DNA of 64,000 nucleotides, from the NCBI GenBank assembly GCA_036556265.1, contig DATBJU010000091.1, positions 4,230 through 68,229 on the forward strand. Direction: 5' to 3'. Under the pieces are notes generated by a model that searched no databases, was not told the origin of the DNA, and was given only the letters and a program-made list of their open reading frames with translations. This stretch comes from Xanthobacteraceae bacterium. Lineage in GTDB: Bacteria > Pseudomonadota > Alphaproteobacteria > Rhizobiales > Xanthobacteraceae. A program made the position numbers and the translations under genes. Shown here one piece after another: positions 38,898-51,544 of this stretch. Position 1 is the stretch's first letter; every line of letters starts with the position of its first letter.

Positions 38898-39191
38898 ATG
38901 CGAGAGAAGCTCGCCGGCAACGCACGGAAACAGGCGCTGAGCAAACTTGCCGGCTGGAGCGAGGTCCAGGGCCGCGACGCCATCGCCAGGAAATTCGTAT
39001 TCAAGAATTTCAGCGAGGCCTTCGGTTTCATGACGCGGGCCGCGCTTGTGGCAGAGAAGCTCGACCATCACCCCGAGTGGATCAACGTATACAAGACGGT
39101 AGAGGTCACCCTCTCCACCCACGACGCGGGGGGCGTGACCGAACTCGACGTGAAGCTCGCCGAGGCAATGAACCGCCTCGCCGGCATCTGA
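38898..39191 (+). CDS. phhB: Pterin-4-alpha-carbinolamine dehydratase
   Basis: 97 aa with [27 protein letters not shown]. It sits inside a much longer artefactual ORF (37947-39191). ATG at 38898. Confidence 0.88.
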   Translation: MREKLAGNARKQALSKLAGWSEVQGRDAIARKFVFKNFSEAFGFMTRAALVAEKLDHHPEWINVYKTVEVTLSTHDAGGVTELDVKLAEAMNRLAGI

Positions 39192-39256
39192 GGCCTTGCG
39201 GCGGCGCCATCAAACGGCCATTTGACCTCGGCTAGATCGGGGAACGCGAGGAGACA

Positions 39257-39616
39257 ATGACCGCAGCAACGCAAGACTACTTTTCCGGCCCGGCACAGGA
39301 TGCCCGCCGCATTGGGCGGGACCTGTGGCGCAAGTTGCGCCGCGTCGCCTCGCGCGTACCGTTCGCGGAGGATGCACTCGCCGCCTACTACTGCTCGCTC
39401 GACCGCGCGACACCACTGCGTGTACGCGCGTCGATTGTCGCCGCCCTCGTCTATTTCGTGACTCCGGCGGACGCGATGCCCGACCTTCTGCCCGCGCTCG
39501 GCTTTACCGACGATGCGGCGGTTCTGGCCGCGACCCTTCAGCTGATTGCCGCCTACGTGCTACCCGAGCACCGAGAAGCCGCGCGCCGCTCGCTCGAACG
39601 TCTCGGCGATGTCTAA
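39257..39616 (+). CDS. YkvA family protein (DUF1232)
   Basis: 119 aa with YFVTPADAMPDLLPALGFTDDAAVL, characteristic of DUF1232. Confidence 0.7.
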   Translation: MTAATQDYFSGPAQDARRIGRDLWRKLRRVASRVPFAEDALAAYYCSLDRATPLRVRASIVAALVYFVTPADAMPDLLPALGFTDDAAVLAATLQLIAAYVLPEHREAARRSLERLGDV

Positions 39617-40587
39617 GGCCTTAACACGATCTTGCCTTTGACCTCACGGCGCGCGATCGCGCCGAGGGCTTCGGCCGCTTTTGCGAGCGGATAGACCTTG
39701 TCCACGTAGACCGAGATCTTTTTCTCCGCCGCCCATTTCACGGCCTGCTCGGCAATCTCTCGCATGCGTGCCGGGTCGTGCCGCGCGAGCATGCCCCAGA
39801 CGACGCCGACGACCGAGCAGCCGCGCAGCAGTACGTGGTTGAGCGCGATCTTCGGAATCTCGCCGGCGGCGAATCCGATCACGAGGTAACGCCCCTCCCA
39901 GGCGGTGCTGCGCACCGCGGGATCGGCAAGCGCGCCGCCGACCGGATCGAACACGACGTCCGCTCCCCGCCCGCCCGTGAGCTCGCGTAGCCGTTCCTTC
40001 AAATCCTCCCTGGAATAGTCGATCACGTCGTCCGCGCCGTGCGCCCGCGCGAACGCGAGCTTGTCCGCAGACGACGCGCACGCGATTACACGCGCGCCCA
40101 GGGCTTTGCCGAGCTCGACTGCGGCAAGTCCCACTCCGCCTGCCGCGCCGAGCACGGCGAGCGTCTCGCCTGCCCGCAATTTTGCTCGATCTTCCAGCGC
40201 GTGGATGCCAGTGCTGTAGGTAATGATCAGGCCCGCGGCCGTCTCGAAGCTCAGGCTATCGGGGAGCCGCACCAGGGAACGAACCGGCGCGACCACCTGC
40301 TCGCGCGCGGCGCCATAGCCGATGAAGCCGCACACCCGATCGCCCGGGGTCAGCTCACGCACGCCCTCCCCCACCGCCTTTACGACGCCGGCGAACTCCG
40401 CTGCCGGCGAGAACGGCAGGTCCGGCTTCACCTGGTAGCGGTTGGATATGATCAGGAGGTCGAAGAAGTTGAGCCCCGCGGCCTTCACTTCGACAAGGGC
40501 TTCGCCTTTTCCGGGCTTTGGCTCGGGGATATCGGTAAATTCAAGTGCTTCCGGAGGTCCATGGCGTACGCATAGCACCGCTTTCAC
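39613..40587 (-). CDS. NADPH:quinone oxidoreductase / zinc-type alcohol dehydrogenase family protein
   Basis: 324 aa from the GTG at 40587, preceded by GGGAGAA. MDR fold with GAAGGVGLAAVELGKALGARV. Confidence 0.85.
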   Translation of the reverse strand: MKAVLCVRHGPPEALEFTDIPEPKPGKGEALVEVKAAGLNFFDLLIISNRYQVKPDLPFSPAAEFAGVVKAVGEGVRELTPGDRVCGFIGYGAAREQVVAPVRSLVRLPDSLSFETAAGLIITYSTGIHALEDRAKLRAGETLAVLGAAGGVGLAAVELGKALGARVIACASSADKLAFARAHGADDVIDYSREDLKERLRELTGGRGADVVFDPVGGALADPAVRSTAWEGRYLVIGFAAGEIPKIALNHVLLRGCSVVGVVWGMLARHDPARMREIAEQAVKWAAEKKISVYVDKVYPLAKAAEALGAIARREVKGKIVLRP

Positions 40588-40732
40588 ACACACTTCTCCC
40601 TTCGTCGGCAATTGCAGTCCGGACGTCTTTGCGCCATTTTTTCGTTTGCGTCCACGATTTGCAGACTCTGCCGGCGGGACGTGAGATGGAAGGGTTGGCG
40701 GACATGCCTCGATTGATGCGGGAGGCACCGAA

Positions 40733-41260
40733 ATGACCGAACGCTCAAACTACGCCGCGCTTGCCGGGGCGGCTCTTCTCGCGACCTGCCTTGCCACTGG
40801 CGATACGTTCGCGCAGGGCGCGAACCCGTCGCTGGTCGGCCAATATGGCGATTGGGGCGTCTACGTAAGCCAGGGTCAGAAGGCCAAGGTTTGCTTCGCC
40901 CTGACCCAGCCCAAGGAGCGCCTCCCCGCAAATCTCAATCGCGACCCCGGCTATCTTTTCGTCAGCACGCGGCCGGCCGACAACGTGCGCAATGAGTTCA
41001 GCGTGCTTATCGGCTTTCCGCTCAAGGAGGACGCCGATCCCTCGCTCACGGTCGGTAACGATACGTTCGCGCTCTACGCGCGCCAGACCGGCGCATGGAT
41101 CCGCAACGTCGCCGAGGAGGCGCGACTGATCGAGGCCCTGCGCAAGGGCAAGGATCTCACGATGAAGAGTACGTCCGTTCGCGGCAACGTGACGACGGAC
41201 CGCTATTCGCTCTCCGGCATTGCCCAGGCGCTCGACCGCGTCGCTCAGGAGTGCCGTTGA
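40733..41260 (+). CDS. Invasion-associated locus B (IalB) family protein
   Basis: 175 aa with a signal peptide and [20 protein letters not shown]...[18 protein letters not shown], typical of IalB. Confidence 0.7.
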   Translation: MTERSNYAALAGAALLATCLATGDTFAQGANPSLVGQYGDWGVYVSQGQKAKVCFALTQPKERLPANLNRDPGYLFVSTRPADNVRNEFSVLIGFPLKEDADPSLTVGNDTFALYARQTGAWIRNVAEEARLIEALRKGKDLTMKSTSVRGNVTTDRYSLSGIAQALDRVAQECR

Positions 41261-41372
41261 AAGAATTTCACCCGCTCGTCCCCGGCGTGGACGGACCCTG
41301 AAACAATACAATCTGGCCGCATCGCCGCTGTTGACCGCCGCGCCTCCCGGCACAATCTATAAGCTGGACCGG

Positions 41373-42590
41373 ATGCCGAAAATGAACGCGCTCCTCGATC
41401 TCGCGATGGAAGGCGGTGCGCCCACACGCGCGGCGGTGAAGCTGTCGCTCGTCGGGCGAAGCCGCGCCGATATTGCCCGCGCGCTCGCCGAAGTGGGCGT
41501 ACCCGAGCGGGAGCGCCGCATGCGTGTGTCCCAGCTATGGCACTGGATCTACTTCCGCGGCGCGACCGGGTTCGAGCAGATGTCGAACGTCTCCAAGCAT
41601 CTCCGGGCAAGGCTCGGCGAGAATTTCTCGCTCGCTCGGCCCGAGGTCGTGGTCGAGCAGGCTTCGACCGACGGCACGCGCAAATGGCTGATCCGCCTGC
41701 CGGCAGAAGCCCCCGGCGAGAAACCGCACGAGATCGAAACCGTCTACATTCCCGAAACCGACCGCGGCACGCTTTGCGTCTCCTCGCAGGTCGGCTGCAC
41801 CCTTTCCTGCACGTTCTGCCACACCGGCACCCAGCGTCTCGTGCGTAATCTCACGGCCGCTGAGATCGTCGCGCAAGTGATGATTGCGCGCGACCGGCTC
41901 GGGGAATGGCCGGATGCAACGCCGCCAGAGGGCACGATCGTGCCGAGCGGCGAGCGCTACATCACCAACATCGTGTTCATGGGCATGGGCGAGCCGCTCT
42001 ACAACTTCGACGGCGTGAAGCAGGCGATCGAAATCATCGCCGACCCCGAAGGGATTTCGATCGGCAAGCGCCGAATAACGGTCTCCACGTCAGGCGTTGT
42101 GCCGGAGATCGAACGCCTCGGCGCCGAGGTCGGCACGATGCTGGCCGTATCGCTGCACGCGACGCGCGACGAATTGCGCAACGAGCTCGTGCCGCTCAAC
42201 AAGAAGTATCCGATCAAGAAACTGGTTGCGGCCTGCCGCGCCTACCCCGGCGCATCCAACGCGCGGCGCATCACTTTCGAATACGTGATGCTGAAGGGTG
42301 TTAACGATACGCGCGACGATGCCAGGGCGCTGGTGAAGCTGCTCAAAGGCTTGCCCGCAAAGATCAACCTGATCCCGTTCAACCCCTGGCCCGGCACCAG
42401 ATACGAGTGCTCGGACTGGGAGACGATCGAGCAGTTTTCCGAGATTGTGTTCAACGCAGGCTACGCAAGCCCGGTGCGCAAGCCGCGCGGGCGCGACATC
42501 CTCGCGGCTTGCGGGCAGCTGAAGTCGGAGACGCAGAAGCTGTCCGCCCGCGAGCGCCTCGCATTGCGCGCCATGGCCGTCACGGACTGA
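41373..42590 (+). CDS. rlmN: 23S rRNA/tRNA (adenine-C2)-methyltransferase RlmN (radical SAM)
   Basis: CxxxCxxC motif in [16 protein letters not shown], plus MGMGEPL. ATG at 41373, with an alternative at 41382. Confidence 0.92.
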   Translation: MPKMNALLDLAMEGGAPTRAAVKLSLVGRSRADIARALAEVGVPERERRMRVSQLWHWIYFRGATGFEQMSNVSKHLRARLGENFSLARPEVVVEQASTDGTRKWLIRLPAEAPGEKPHEIETVYIPETDRGTLCVSSQVGCTLSCTFCHTGTQRLVRNLTAAEIVAQVMIARDRLGEWPDATPPEGTIVPSGERYITNIVFMGMGEPLYNFDGVKQAIEIIADPEGISIGKRRITVSTSGVVPEIERLGAEVGTMLAVSLHATRDELRNELVPLNKKYPIKKLVAACRAYPGASNARRITFEYVMLKGVNDTRDDARALVKLLKGLPAKINLIPFNPWPGTRYECSDWETIEQFSEIVFNAGYASPVRKPRGRDILAACGQLKSETQKLSARERLALRAMAVTD

Positions 42591-42595
42591 CTACC

Positions 42596-43048
42596 TTGGC
42601 GATCTTCTTCCGCTTCTTCGTCGTGCTGTTCGCGTTCTGGATCGCGTCAATCGCCGCTGCAGTGGTACTCGTGCTCGGCGCGAGCGCGCCAGAATTGCCA
42701 GAACCTGACGCGTGGCCGGCCGCCTGGTTGCTGATCGTTTGGACGAGCGCGTTCGTCGCCGTGTTCTCCTTCGCGCCGGCCGCAATGGTAATCCTGCTCA
42801 CGGAGAGCTTCAATTCCCGCTCCGTGCTCGTCTACGCCGTCGCGGGCGGGTTGATTGGTATATTTTGCGGCTACACGCTTGGCTTCGTCGAATACGCGCC
42901 GCGCTTTCGCATCGACGCGCCGTTTGGCACCAATTTCGAGCTGATGGCAGCCGCCGGTATCGCCGGCGGACTGGTCTATTGGCTCGTTGCCGGGCGCACT
43001 GCCGGCGGCTGGCGCGGCGAAGCCACGACGGACGTCGCGCGGCGCTAG
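42596..43048 (+). CDS. Hypothetical 4-TM membrane protein
   Basis: Hydrophobic ORF immediately after the rlmN stop. The first plausible start is the TTG at 42596. I recognise no family motif. Confidence 0.4.
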   Translation: MAIFFRFFVVLFAFWIASIAAAVVLVLGASAPELPEPDAWPAAWLLIVWTSAFVAVFSFAPAAMVILLTESFNSRSVLVYAVAGGLIGIFCGYTLGFVEYAPRFRIDAPFGTNFELMAAAGIAGGLVYWLVAGRTAGGWRGEATTDVARR

Positions 43049-43102
43049 CAAGTCCGCCGCGCTGGTTTCTTCGACAGCGCCGCGGCGCGGCACCTGTGAA
43101 GG

Positions 43103-43711
43103 TTACGGCTTCGCCACGTGAAGTTGCGCCCACTCCAGCGCCTGCTCGAGCCGGTCGTTGCCCCAAAACCACTCGCCGTCTTCGCAGACGAAATTGGGCG
43201 CGCCGAAGATTCCGAGCTTCATCGCTTCCTCGGTTTGCGCGCGGAGCTTGTCCTTGGTCGCCTGCTCGCCGGTCGTCGCGATGACCGCCTCCGCATCGTG
43301 GCCGAGACGTTTGAGGATATCCGCGATCAACGCGCGGTCGCCGATCTCGCGTCCATCGCCGAACTCGGCGAGATACACGGCGCGCGAGAACGCCGGCCGA
43401 TCCGCGTCGGAAAGTACAAGCGCAACGCGCGCGGCAAGAAGTGAATTGGTGGGGAAAGGCTCCGGCAGCTTGAACTTCGGGAGTCCGTATCGCTGCGTAA
43501 GCCGCACCATGTCGCGCCACGCATAGCGGCCCTTGATCGGATAGACCTCGGCGGGCGATGCGTTTAGCCCCTGCGCTCGAAACACCGGCCCAAGCAGGAA
43601 CGGCCGCCAGCGCAATTCCACCTCCGCCACCTTCGCGAGCGACTCGATGCGCATCACGGCGAGGTAGGAGTAGGTCGAGGAGTAGTCGTACCAGAAATCG
43701 ATCTTCGGCAT
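43103..43711 (-). CDS. 2-hydroxychromene-2-carboxylate isomerase (DsbA-like) family protein
   Basis: 202 aa with [15 protein letters not shown] and a C-terminal FWGNDRLE, typical of the HCCA isomerase family. Confidence 0.75.
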   Translation of the reverse strand: MPKIDFWYDYSSTYSYLAVMRIESLAKVAEVELRWRPFLLGPVFRAQGLNASPAEVYPIKGRYAWRDMVRLTQRYGLPKFKLPEPFPTNSLLAARVALVLSDADRPAFSRAVYLAEFGDGREIGDRALIADILKRLGHDAEAVIATTGEQATKDKLRAQTEEAMKLGIFGAPNFVCEDGEWFWGNDRLEQALEWAQLHVAKP

Positions 43712-43802
43712 CTGTTCAGCATGCCACGCCGATACGCGGTGGTCGACTTGCGCGCCTGCCGCGTCCGCCTATAAGTGCCCGGCATTTACTGGGAAATTCC
43801 CG

Positions 43803-45035
<1,233 letters not shown>

Positions 45036-45112
45036 CAGGATTTGTCACACCGGCTGGCGTCAGCACCCACGAGCACCTAGTTAAGGTCGGCGGCTTGAGC
45101 CGCGGGAGATGC

Positions 45113-46228
45113 ATGATGCCTTGGTCACTCACGATCGGACGGGTCGCCGGCACGGCGGTCCGCATACATGTCACCTTTCTGCTGTTTCTGATCTGGATCT
45201 GGGCGGCCTACTACCGGCAAGGGGGCGTCGACGCGGCGTGGGAAGGCACGGCCTTCATCGTGCTCCTGTTTCTGTGCGTGCTGCTGCACGAGTTCGGTCA
45301 CGTGTTCGCGGCCAGGCGCTACGGAGTGAACACGACGGACGTGACCCTCTGGCCGTTCGGCGGCGTCGCAAGCCTCGAGCGCATGCCCGACAAGCCAAGC
45401 GAGGAACTCGTGGTCGCCATTGCCGGCCCGGCCGTGAATGTCGTGATCGCAGCGATACTGCTCGCTTATCTTGGTGCAACGGTAACGCCCGAGCAGCTGA
45501 TGCAGATCGACAATCCCGCGATCTCGATGGCCGCCAAGCTCGCCGGCGCCAACATCTTCCTCGTGCTCTTCAACCTGATTCCCGCATTCCCGATGGACGG
45601 CGGCCGTGTGTTGCGGGCCTTGCTCGCCATCCGCCTCGGTCACGCAAGGGCGACAGAGCTCGCCGCAAGCATCGGCCAGGGTTTAGCCGTCGCTTTCGGC
45701 ATCCTCGGCATCTTCACCAATCCCATGCTGATCGTGATCGCAGTGTTCGTATTCCTCGCCGCTTCGGGCGAGGCGAGCCATGCGCAACTCCGCGCCGCGA
45801 CCCGTGGCGCCATCGTCGCTGACGCGATGATCACCAAGTTCCAGTCGCTTGGCACGCAAGCCACGGTCAACGAGGCTGTCGAAGCGCTAATCCGTACGAC
45901 CCAGCGCGAGTTTCCCGTTGTGGACGGTGCTGGCCAGTTGCGCGGCGTGCTCACGCGCGACGCGATGATCAAGGCACTGAAGGAAGTTGGGCCCGACGCC
46001 CCGGTCCTTAGCGTGATGGAGGCCGACGTACCGACGATTTCGTCGCGCGCGAGCCTCGAAGCAGCCGTGCGGACATTGACGCAGGTTGGCAAACCCGTGG
46101 TCGGCGTAACCGATTCGCACAACCGACTCGTCGGCATGCTGACACCCGAAAATCTCGGCGAGATGATGCTGATTCAGTCGGCGCGGCCCGCGACCGTACG
46201 CAATTGGCGCCGCCCGGCCGGCGCTTGA
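45113..46228 (+). CDS. Site-2 protease family (M50) metalloprotease with CBS pair
   Basis: HEFGH plus NLIPAFPMDGGR motifs, TM segments and a C-terminal tandem CBS-like region. ATG at 45113 or 45116. Confidence 0.85.
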   Translation: MMPWSLTIGRVAGTAVRIHVTFLLFLIWIWAAYYRQGGVDAAWEGTAFIVLLFLCVLLHEFGHVFAARRYGVNTTDVTLWPFGGVASLERMPDKPSEELVVAIAGPAVNVVIAAILLAYLGATVTPEQLMQIDNPAISMAAKLAGANIFLVLFNLIPAFPMDGGRVLRALLAIRLGHARATELAASIGQGLAVAFGILGIFTNPMLIVIAVFVFLAASGEASHAQLRAATRGAIVADAMITKFQSLGTQATVNEAVEALIRTTQREFPVVDGAGQLRGVLTRDAMIKALKEVGPDAPVLSVMEADVPTISSRASLEAAVRTLTQVGKPVVGVTDSHNRLVGMLTPENLGEMMLIQSARPATVRNWRRPAGA

Positions 46229-46315
46229 GCTATCGCGACGAAACCTGTAGACGGACGCCCAATCCATCATCTCTCGCTTCAAGTCCGGCCCTGGCCGGGT
46301 CGGAAACGATTAACC

Positions 46316-48142
46316 ATGTCACTTCGCAACGTCGCCATTATCGCCCACGTCGACCACGGCAAGACAACGCTGGTGGACCGGCTCCTGCAACAGGCCGGCT
46401 CGTTCCGCGAGAACCAACGCGTCGCCGAGCGGGCGCTCGATTCCAATGAGCTCGAACGCGAACGCGGCATCACGATTCTCGCGAAGGTCACATCTGTGCT
46501 GTGGCGCGACACCCGCATCAACATTGTCGACACGCCCGGCCACGCCGACTTTGGCGGCGAAGTGGAACGCATTCTCAACATGGTCGACGGCGCCCTTGTG
46601 CTCGTCGATGCTGCCGAGGGCCCGCTGCCGCAGACGAAGTTCGTTGTCGGGAAGGCGCTGAAGCGCGGGCTCAAGCCGATCGTCCTCATCAACAAGGTCG
46701 ACCGCTCCGACGCGCGACCACACCAGGTCGTCAACGAAGTGTTCGATCTCTTCGCGGCGCTGGACGCGACCGAGGAGCAGCTCGACTTTCCGATCCTCTA
46801 TGGATCGGCCAAGGAGGGTTGGATGGCGGCGAGCCCCGAAGGGCCAAAGAAGTCGATGCAGCCGCTATTCGACCTGATCGTGCGCCACGTTGCGCCGCCC
46901 GTGATCGAGCGGGGCGAGCTACGTCTCTTGGCAACGATTCTGGAAGCGAACCCCTATCTCGGTCGCATCCTCACCGGCCGCATCACGTCGGGTTCGCTCA
47001 AGCCGAATCAAAACGTCAAGGTGCTCGCGCGCAACGGCAAAGTCGTCGAGAACGGCCGCATCACGAAGGTCCTCGCGTTCCGCGGTTTGGACCGCCAGCC
47101 AATCGACGAGGCGCAGGCCGGTGACATCGTCGCGATCGCGGGCCTCGAGCAGGCCAACGTATCGGACACCATCGCCGCCCCCGACGTCGAAACGCCGCTT
47201 CCCGCGCAGCCGATCGATCCCCCGACCCTCGCTATGACCTTCCGTGTGAACGATTCGCCGCTAGCCGGCACCGAGGGCGACAAGGTCACTAGCCGCGTGA
47301 TCCGTGACCGTCTGTTCCGAGAAGCCGAAGGAAACATCGCGCTTCGCATCAAGGAGAGCGGCGAGAAGGATGCATACGAAGTCGCCGGGCGCGGCGAACT
47401 GCAGCTCGCGATCCTGATCGAGACCATGCGGCGCGAGGGCTTCGAGCTTTCCATCTCGCGGCCGAAAGTAATTCTCTCGCGTGATGAGAAGTCCGGCGAG
47501 TTGATGGAGCCCATCGAGGAGGTCGTGATCGACGTCGACGAGGAACATTCCGGCGTCGTCGTTCAGAAGCTTTCCGAACGCCGCGGTGACATGATGGAGA
47601 TGCGTCCTTCCGGCGGCGGCAGGCTGCGTCTCGTATTCCACGTGCCGACGCGCGGGTTGCTCGGCTACCAGAGCGAGCTGCTTACCGACACGCGCGGTAC
47701 CGCCGTGATGAACCGCCTGTTCCACGCCTACGCGCCGTTCAAGGGCGACATCCCTGGCCGCCGCACCGGCGTGCTCATTTCAACGGACAATGGTGAGGCG
47801 GTCGCCTATGCGCTCTGGAACCTCGAGGCGCGCGGCCCGATGATGATCGAGCCCGGCTGGAAGGTATATCGCGGCATGATCGTCGGCGAACACACGCGTG
47901 GCAACGATCTCGAGGTGAACGTGCTCAAGGGCAAGAAGCTCACGAACATACGCACGACCGCCAAGGACGAGGCAGTACGCCTCACGCCGCCTATCCGGAT
48001 GACCTTGGAAAGGGCGCTCGCCTACATCGACGACGACGAGCTAGTCGAGGTGACACCGAAATCGATCCGACTGCGCAAGAAGATTCTCGACCCGAACGAC
48101 CGCAAGAAAGACGAGCGCGCCCGCGAGGCTGCCGAGGTGTGA
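46316..48142 (+). CDS. typA: Translational GTPase TypA/BipA
   Basis: 608 aa with [17 protein letters not shown] and [14 protein letters not shown]. Confidence 0.95.
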   Translation: MSLRNVAIIAHVDHGKTTLVDRLLQQAGSFRENQRVAERALDSNELERERGITILAKVTSVLWRDTRINIVDTPGHADFGGEVERILNMVDGALVLVDAAEGPLPQTKFVVGKALKRGLKPIVLINKVDRSDARPHQVVNEVFDLFAALDATEEQLDFPILYGSAKEGWMAASPEGPKKSMQPLFDLIVRHVAPPVIERGELRLLATILEANPYLGRILTGRITSGSLKPNQNVKVLARNGKVVENGRITKVLAFRGLDRQPIDEAQAGDIVAIAGLEQANVSDTIAAPDVETPLPAQPIDPPTLAMTFRVNDSPLAGTEGDKVTSRVIRDRLFREAEGNIALRIKESGEKDAYEVAGRGELQLAILIETMRREGFELSISRPKVILSRDEKSGELMEPIEEVVIDVDEEHSGVVVQKLSERRGDMMEMRPSGGGRLRLVFHVPTRGLLGYQSELLTDTRGTAVMNRLFHAYAPFKGDIPGRRTGVLISTDNGEAVAYALWNLEARGPMMIEPGWKVYRGMIVGEHTRGNDLEVNVLKGKKLTNIRTTAKDEAVRLTPPIRMTLERALAYIDDDELVEVTPKSIRLRKKILDPNDRKKDERAREAAEV

Positions 48143-48227
48143 CCGGAAGGTCGCACTTTCCCGCCGGATTAACTGTCGGTTAACGAAACCCTTGAAGGGC
48201 CAGGGCCCATTTGCTTCGATCGAGGCC

Positions 48228-48737
48228 ATGGAAACGGTCCTGATCGAGATCCGCCGTGCCCGCCCGGACGATGCCGTGGCGCTCGCCGAGGCCCATGACG
48301 AGGCTTGGCGGACGGCGTATTTAGGCCTGATCCCGGGACCGGAGCTCGAGAAACTGGTGCAACGTCGCGGCCCGTCCTGGTGGGACGCCGCGATCCGTCG
48401 CGGTTCGCGCATCGCGCTGCTGATGTTCGGCGACACGATCGCGGGCTACGCGAACTTCGGCCGCAACCGCGCAAAGAGCCTGCCCTACGGCGGCGAAGTC
48501 TACGAACTCTACCTCCGCCCCGAGTACCAGGGCCTCGGCTTCGGCCGGAAGCTCTTCTCCATGGCCAAACGCGACCTCGCGCAGGCCGGTCATACTGGGC
48601 TCGTCGTCTGGGCGCTTTCTGACAACGAGCCGGCTGTGAGCTTCTATCGTGCGCTCGGTGGCCGCGCCGTAGCCCGCTCGACGGAACGCTTCGGCACGAA
48701 GGTCCTCGACAAAGTCGCCTTCGCCTGGACGCGCTGA
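48228..48737 (+). CDS. GNAT family N-acetyltransferase
   Basis: 169 aa with the acetyl-CoA motif YLRPEYQGLGFGRKLF. ATG at 48228. Confidence 0.8.
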   Translation: METVLIEIRRARPDDAVALAEAHDEAWRTAYLGLIPGPELEKLVQRRGPSWWDAAIRRGSRIALLMFGDTIAGYANFGRNRAKSLPYGGEVYELYLRPEYQGLGFGRKLFSMAKRDLAQAGHTGLVVWALSDNEPAVSFYRALGGRAVARSTERFGTKVLDKVAFAWTR

Positions 48738-48741
48738 CTAT

Positions 48742-49626
48742 CTAGATTGCCGGCGGCTCGATGCCCGCGCGTGCGCACGCGGCACGCAACGTATTCACGA
48801 GCAGGCACGCGATTGTCATCGGGCCGACGCCGCCGGGTGACGGTGTGATCGCCCCGGCAATCGTCACGGCCTCGTTGAACGCCACATCGCCCACGAGTCG
48901 CCCTTTGCCGTCCGGCGTCGGAACGCGATTGGTGCCGACATCGATCACCGTCGCGCCCGGCTTGATCCAGTCGCCGCGCACAAACTCCGGCTTTCCAATC
49001 GCAACGCACAAGAGATCGGCGCGCCGGCACACGGCCGGTAGATCCTTCGTGCGCGAATGTGCGATCGTCACTGTCGCATTCTCGGCGAGCAGCAACTGCG
49101 CCAGCGGCTTGCCGACGATGTTGGAGCGCCCGAGCACCACCGCCTCAAGCCCGGCGAGCGAGACGCGTGCTTTCTTCGCGAGCATCACGCACCCGACCGG
49201 AGTGCAGGGCACGAGCCCCGGTAATCCGGTGGCAAGCCGGCCGGCGTTTATCGGATGAAACCCATCGACGTCCTTTGCCGGATCGAGCGCGTAGAGAATT
49301 CGCGCTGAGTCGATCTGCGCGGGTAGCGGCAGTTGCACAAGAATACCGTCAACCGCAGTGTCGGCATTGAGTTGGTTCACAAGTGCAAGCAGTTCCGATT
49401 CGGATGCCTCGGTCGTCAGCTTGTGCTCGAATGATTTCATTCCCGCATCAACCGTCGCGCGCGACTTGCTGCGCACGTATACTTGGCTTGCCGGATTTTC
49501 GCCTACAAGTACGACGGCAAGTCCCGGGGTCCGGCCGAGCTTCGTCGTGACGCGCTTCGCCTCCTCGGCAACCTTGCCGCGCACTTCGGCTGCCAGCGCC
49601 TTGCCGTCGATAATTTTCGCCGTCAT
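48742..49626 (-). CDS. folD: Bifunctional methylene-THF dehydrogenase/methenyl-THF cyclohydrolase
   Basis: 294 aa with [18 protein letters not shown] and PGGVGPMT. Confidence 0.95.
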   Translation of the reverse strand: MTAKIIDGKALAAEVRGKVAEEAKRVTTKLGRTPGLAVVLVGENPASQVYVRSKSRATVDAGMKSFEHKLTTEASESELLALVNQLNADTAVDGILVQLPLPAQIDSARILYALDPAKDVDGFHPINAGRLATGLPGLVPCTPVGCVMLAKKARVSLAGLEAVVLGRSNIVGKPLAQLLLAENATVTIAHSRTKDLPAVCRRADLLCVAIGKPEFVRGDWIKPGATVIDVGTNRVPTPDGKGRLVGDVAFNEAVTIAGAITPSPGGVGPMTIACLLVNTLRAACARAGIEPPAI

Positions 49627-49964
49627 TTCCGTTTTGTCTCTCTTCCCGCGATGGCATGCTCAAGCGCGGCCGCCAACCTGGCCGGATCGCCGGATATGCG
49701 AAAAGTCTTGAGCCGTCCTGCGGCACCCTGAAGCAGCTCAACTGAAGACGGTGGGACGCCGGCAGCGCCGGCAAGGACGCGAGCGACCGCGCGGTTAGCC
49801 TCCCCTTCCGCCGGCGCCGCACGCACTCGGATTTTCAGGGCGTGTCCGTTGCCGAGCTGAGCAACCCCATCAATGGCATCGCGCCCACCCTTCGGCGTTG
49901 CGCGCACACTTACGGCCAAGCCGTCAGCCAGCCTGCGCCACGGCGGCTCGAATGCGGCGCGCAC
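49623..49964 (-). CDS. DUF167 (YggU) family protein
   Basis: 113 aa with [10 protein letters not shown]...[14 protein letters not shown], typical of DUF167. GTG start directly after the yggT stop, and ATGA overlap with folD. Confidence 0.75.
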   Translation of the reverse strand: MRAAFEPPWRRLADGLAVSVRATPKGGRDAIDGVAQLGNGHALKIRVRAAPAEGEANRAVARVLAGAAGVPPSSVELLQGAAGRLKTFRISGDPARLAAALEHAIAGRETKRK

Positions 49965-50243
49965 TCAGTAGAACGCCCAAAAAAGGAAGCGTTCGATGAA
50001 GAGAAGGATGATGATCAGGATCACCGGCGATATGTCGAGCCCACCGAGATTCGGCAACACATTGCGGATCGGCCGGAGCGCAGGTTCGGTCAGGCGATAG
50101 AGCGCCTCGCCGATCGCGCGCACCACGTTGTTGTGGGGGTTCACCACGTTGAACGCGACGAGCCACGAAAGTACCGCGGACGCGATGATGATCCAGATGT
50201 AGAGCGTAATGAGGGTGGTGATGAGCCAGAGAAATGGGTTCAT
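49965..50243 (-). CDS. yggT: YggT family membrane protein
   Basis: 92 aa, 2 TM, with EPALRPIRNVLPNLGGLDISP. ATG at 50241-50243. Confidence 0.8.
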   Translation of the reverse strand: MNPFLWLITTLITLYIWIIIASAVLSWLVAFNVVNPHNNVVRAIGEALYRLTEPALRPIRNVLPNLGGLDISPVILIIILLFIERFLFWAFY

Positions 50244-50361
50244 TCGCTGCTCCCGCGGCAGGTCCGCTGCGCGATGAATAGCCGTGCACGGCGCGCGGGG
50301 GAAGTGCGCGAGGCCGCGTTCTTGACACTGCGACAAGCCGCAGCCTACATGACCGCAGACC

Positions 50362-50437
<76 letters not shown>

Positions 50438-50587
50438 GTCCCCTTCTTATCCACCCAGAAGGCAACGCGCCCTCCGCCATCTTCGGCGTGACAGCTTCTG
50501 TCCTGAAACGCGAACGGGAGACAGCCAGAGGGGTCGCTCCCGGCCATCTCCCGTCGATAGTCCGCCGACTACGCATGACCTGATGCC

Positions 50588-50612
50588 GGCTTGCTCAGGC
50601 CCTGAGCAAGCC
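50588..50612. repeat. Perfect 12-bp-arm palindrome (hairpin downstream of the amidotransferase gene)
   Basis: GGCTTGCTCAGG-C-CCTGAGCAAGCC. There is no U-tract on either strand. Confidence 0.6.
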
Positions 50613-50706
50613 CGCTGCCAATGACGTACGCGCGCGAACCCGCGAAAAGTCCCGTCCTTTCGCAGCTTCCGTCCATTAACGGGAATTTACCTGCGCAGCT
50701 GGCGTC

Positions 50707-51450
50707 TCATTCTGCGACGGCCTTTGCATTCTGCGACGCCTCGATAGTCGCGCGCGAAGGCCGTTCCATCAGACCGGTCCAGAGGTCGAGAAAAGCATCG
50801 AGCCACCTGCGCGTCTTCAAGTCATGCAACGCGCGTCCCTCGAAGTGCTCGTGTCGCGGCCGCGCCCCGGGCAACGCAAGCCGCTCATGACCGCGCGTGG
50901 TCCATCGGCACATCATGTGGTGCGTGAGTTCCGGATGGAACTGCACACCGAACGCAGAACGACCGTACCGAATCGCCTGATTGGCGAACGTATCGCTCTC
51001 GGCGAGACGCACGGACCCATGCGGCAATCCAAAGCCTTCCCGGTGCCACTGATAGATGTGATCTGGCCAATAGAGAAGCTTTGCTCCTTCCGGTGTTGCC
51101 CGCAGGGGATAGTAGCCGACCTCCACGAGGCCCTCGGGATGAAAATCGACTTTCGCCCCCAGCTTGCGCGCGAGTATCTGTGCACCGAGACAGATGCCAA
51201 AGAACGGCTTCTCCTCCCGCAGCGGCACCTCGCTCCACTCGATCTCGCGGCGAACGTACTCGTCGGAGTCGTTGGCGCTCATTGGCCCGCCGAACACGAT
51301 GACTCCGTCGTGCTCGTGCATCGTCTCCGGCAGTGGATCGCCGAAGCGCGGCCGACGCGGATCGAGCCGGAACCCGCGGTCGATCAGCCGGTGCGCAATG
51401 CGACCGGGGGTCGAATGTTCTTGGTGAAGGATCAGCAGAATCGTCTTCAT
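50707..51450 (-). CDS. Class I glutamine amidotransferase family protein (GMP synthase-like domain only)
   Basis: 247 aa with the catalytic Cys context FFGICLGAQIL and VQFHPE. ATG at 51448-51450. Confidence 0.8.
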   Translation of the reverse strand: MKTILLILHQEHSTPGRIAHRLIDRGFRLDPRRPRFGDPLPETMHEHDGVIVFGGPMSANDSDEYVRREIEWSEVPLREEKPFFGICLGAQILARKLGAKVDFHPEGLVEVGYYPLRATPEGAKLLYWPDHIYQWHREGFGLPHGSVRLAESDTFANQAIRYGRSAFGVQFHPELTHHMMCRWTTRGHERLALPGARPRHEHFEGRALHDLKTRRWLDAFLDLWTGLMERPSRATIEASQNAKAVAE

Positions 51451-51544
51451 CGGGCGGGCTTCAAGCCAGCAGTTCGGAAGCGGTCGCATGGAATGCGGCA
51501 TGATTCAAGACGCATCCTGCGGCCACCAATATCATTTTGCCCCT

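Noticed and set aside
37947-39191. 414-aa plus-strand ORF spanning tesA, thpR and phhB
   Set aside because: Only the last 97 codons (from the ATG at 38898) correspond to a real protein (pterin-4a-carbinolamine dehydratase). The rest overlaps tesA and thpR in another frame.
50244-50361. Possible ZTP (pfl) riboswitch upstream of the yggT-DUF167-folD operon
   Set aside because: folD is a common ZTP-riboswitch target, but the leader lacks the conserved pfl elements (the GGGUCGUGACUGGCG-type 5' part and the CCGCCUGGGC 3' part).
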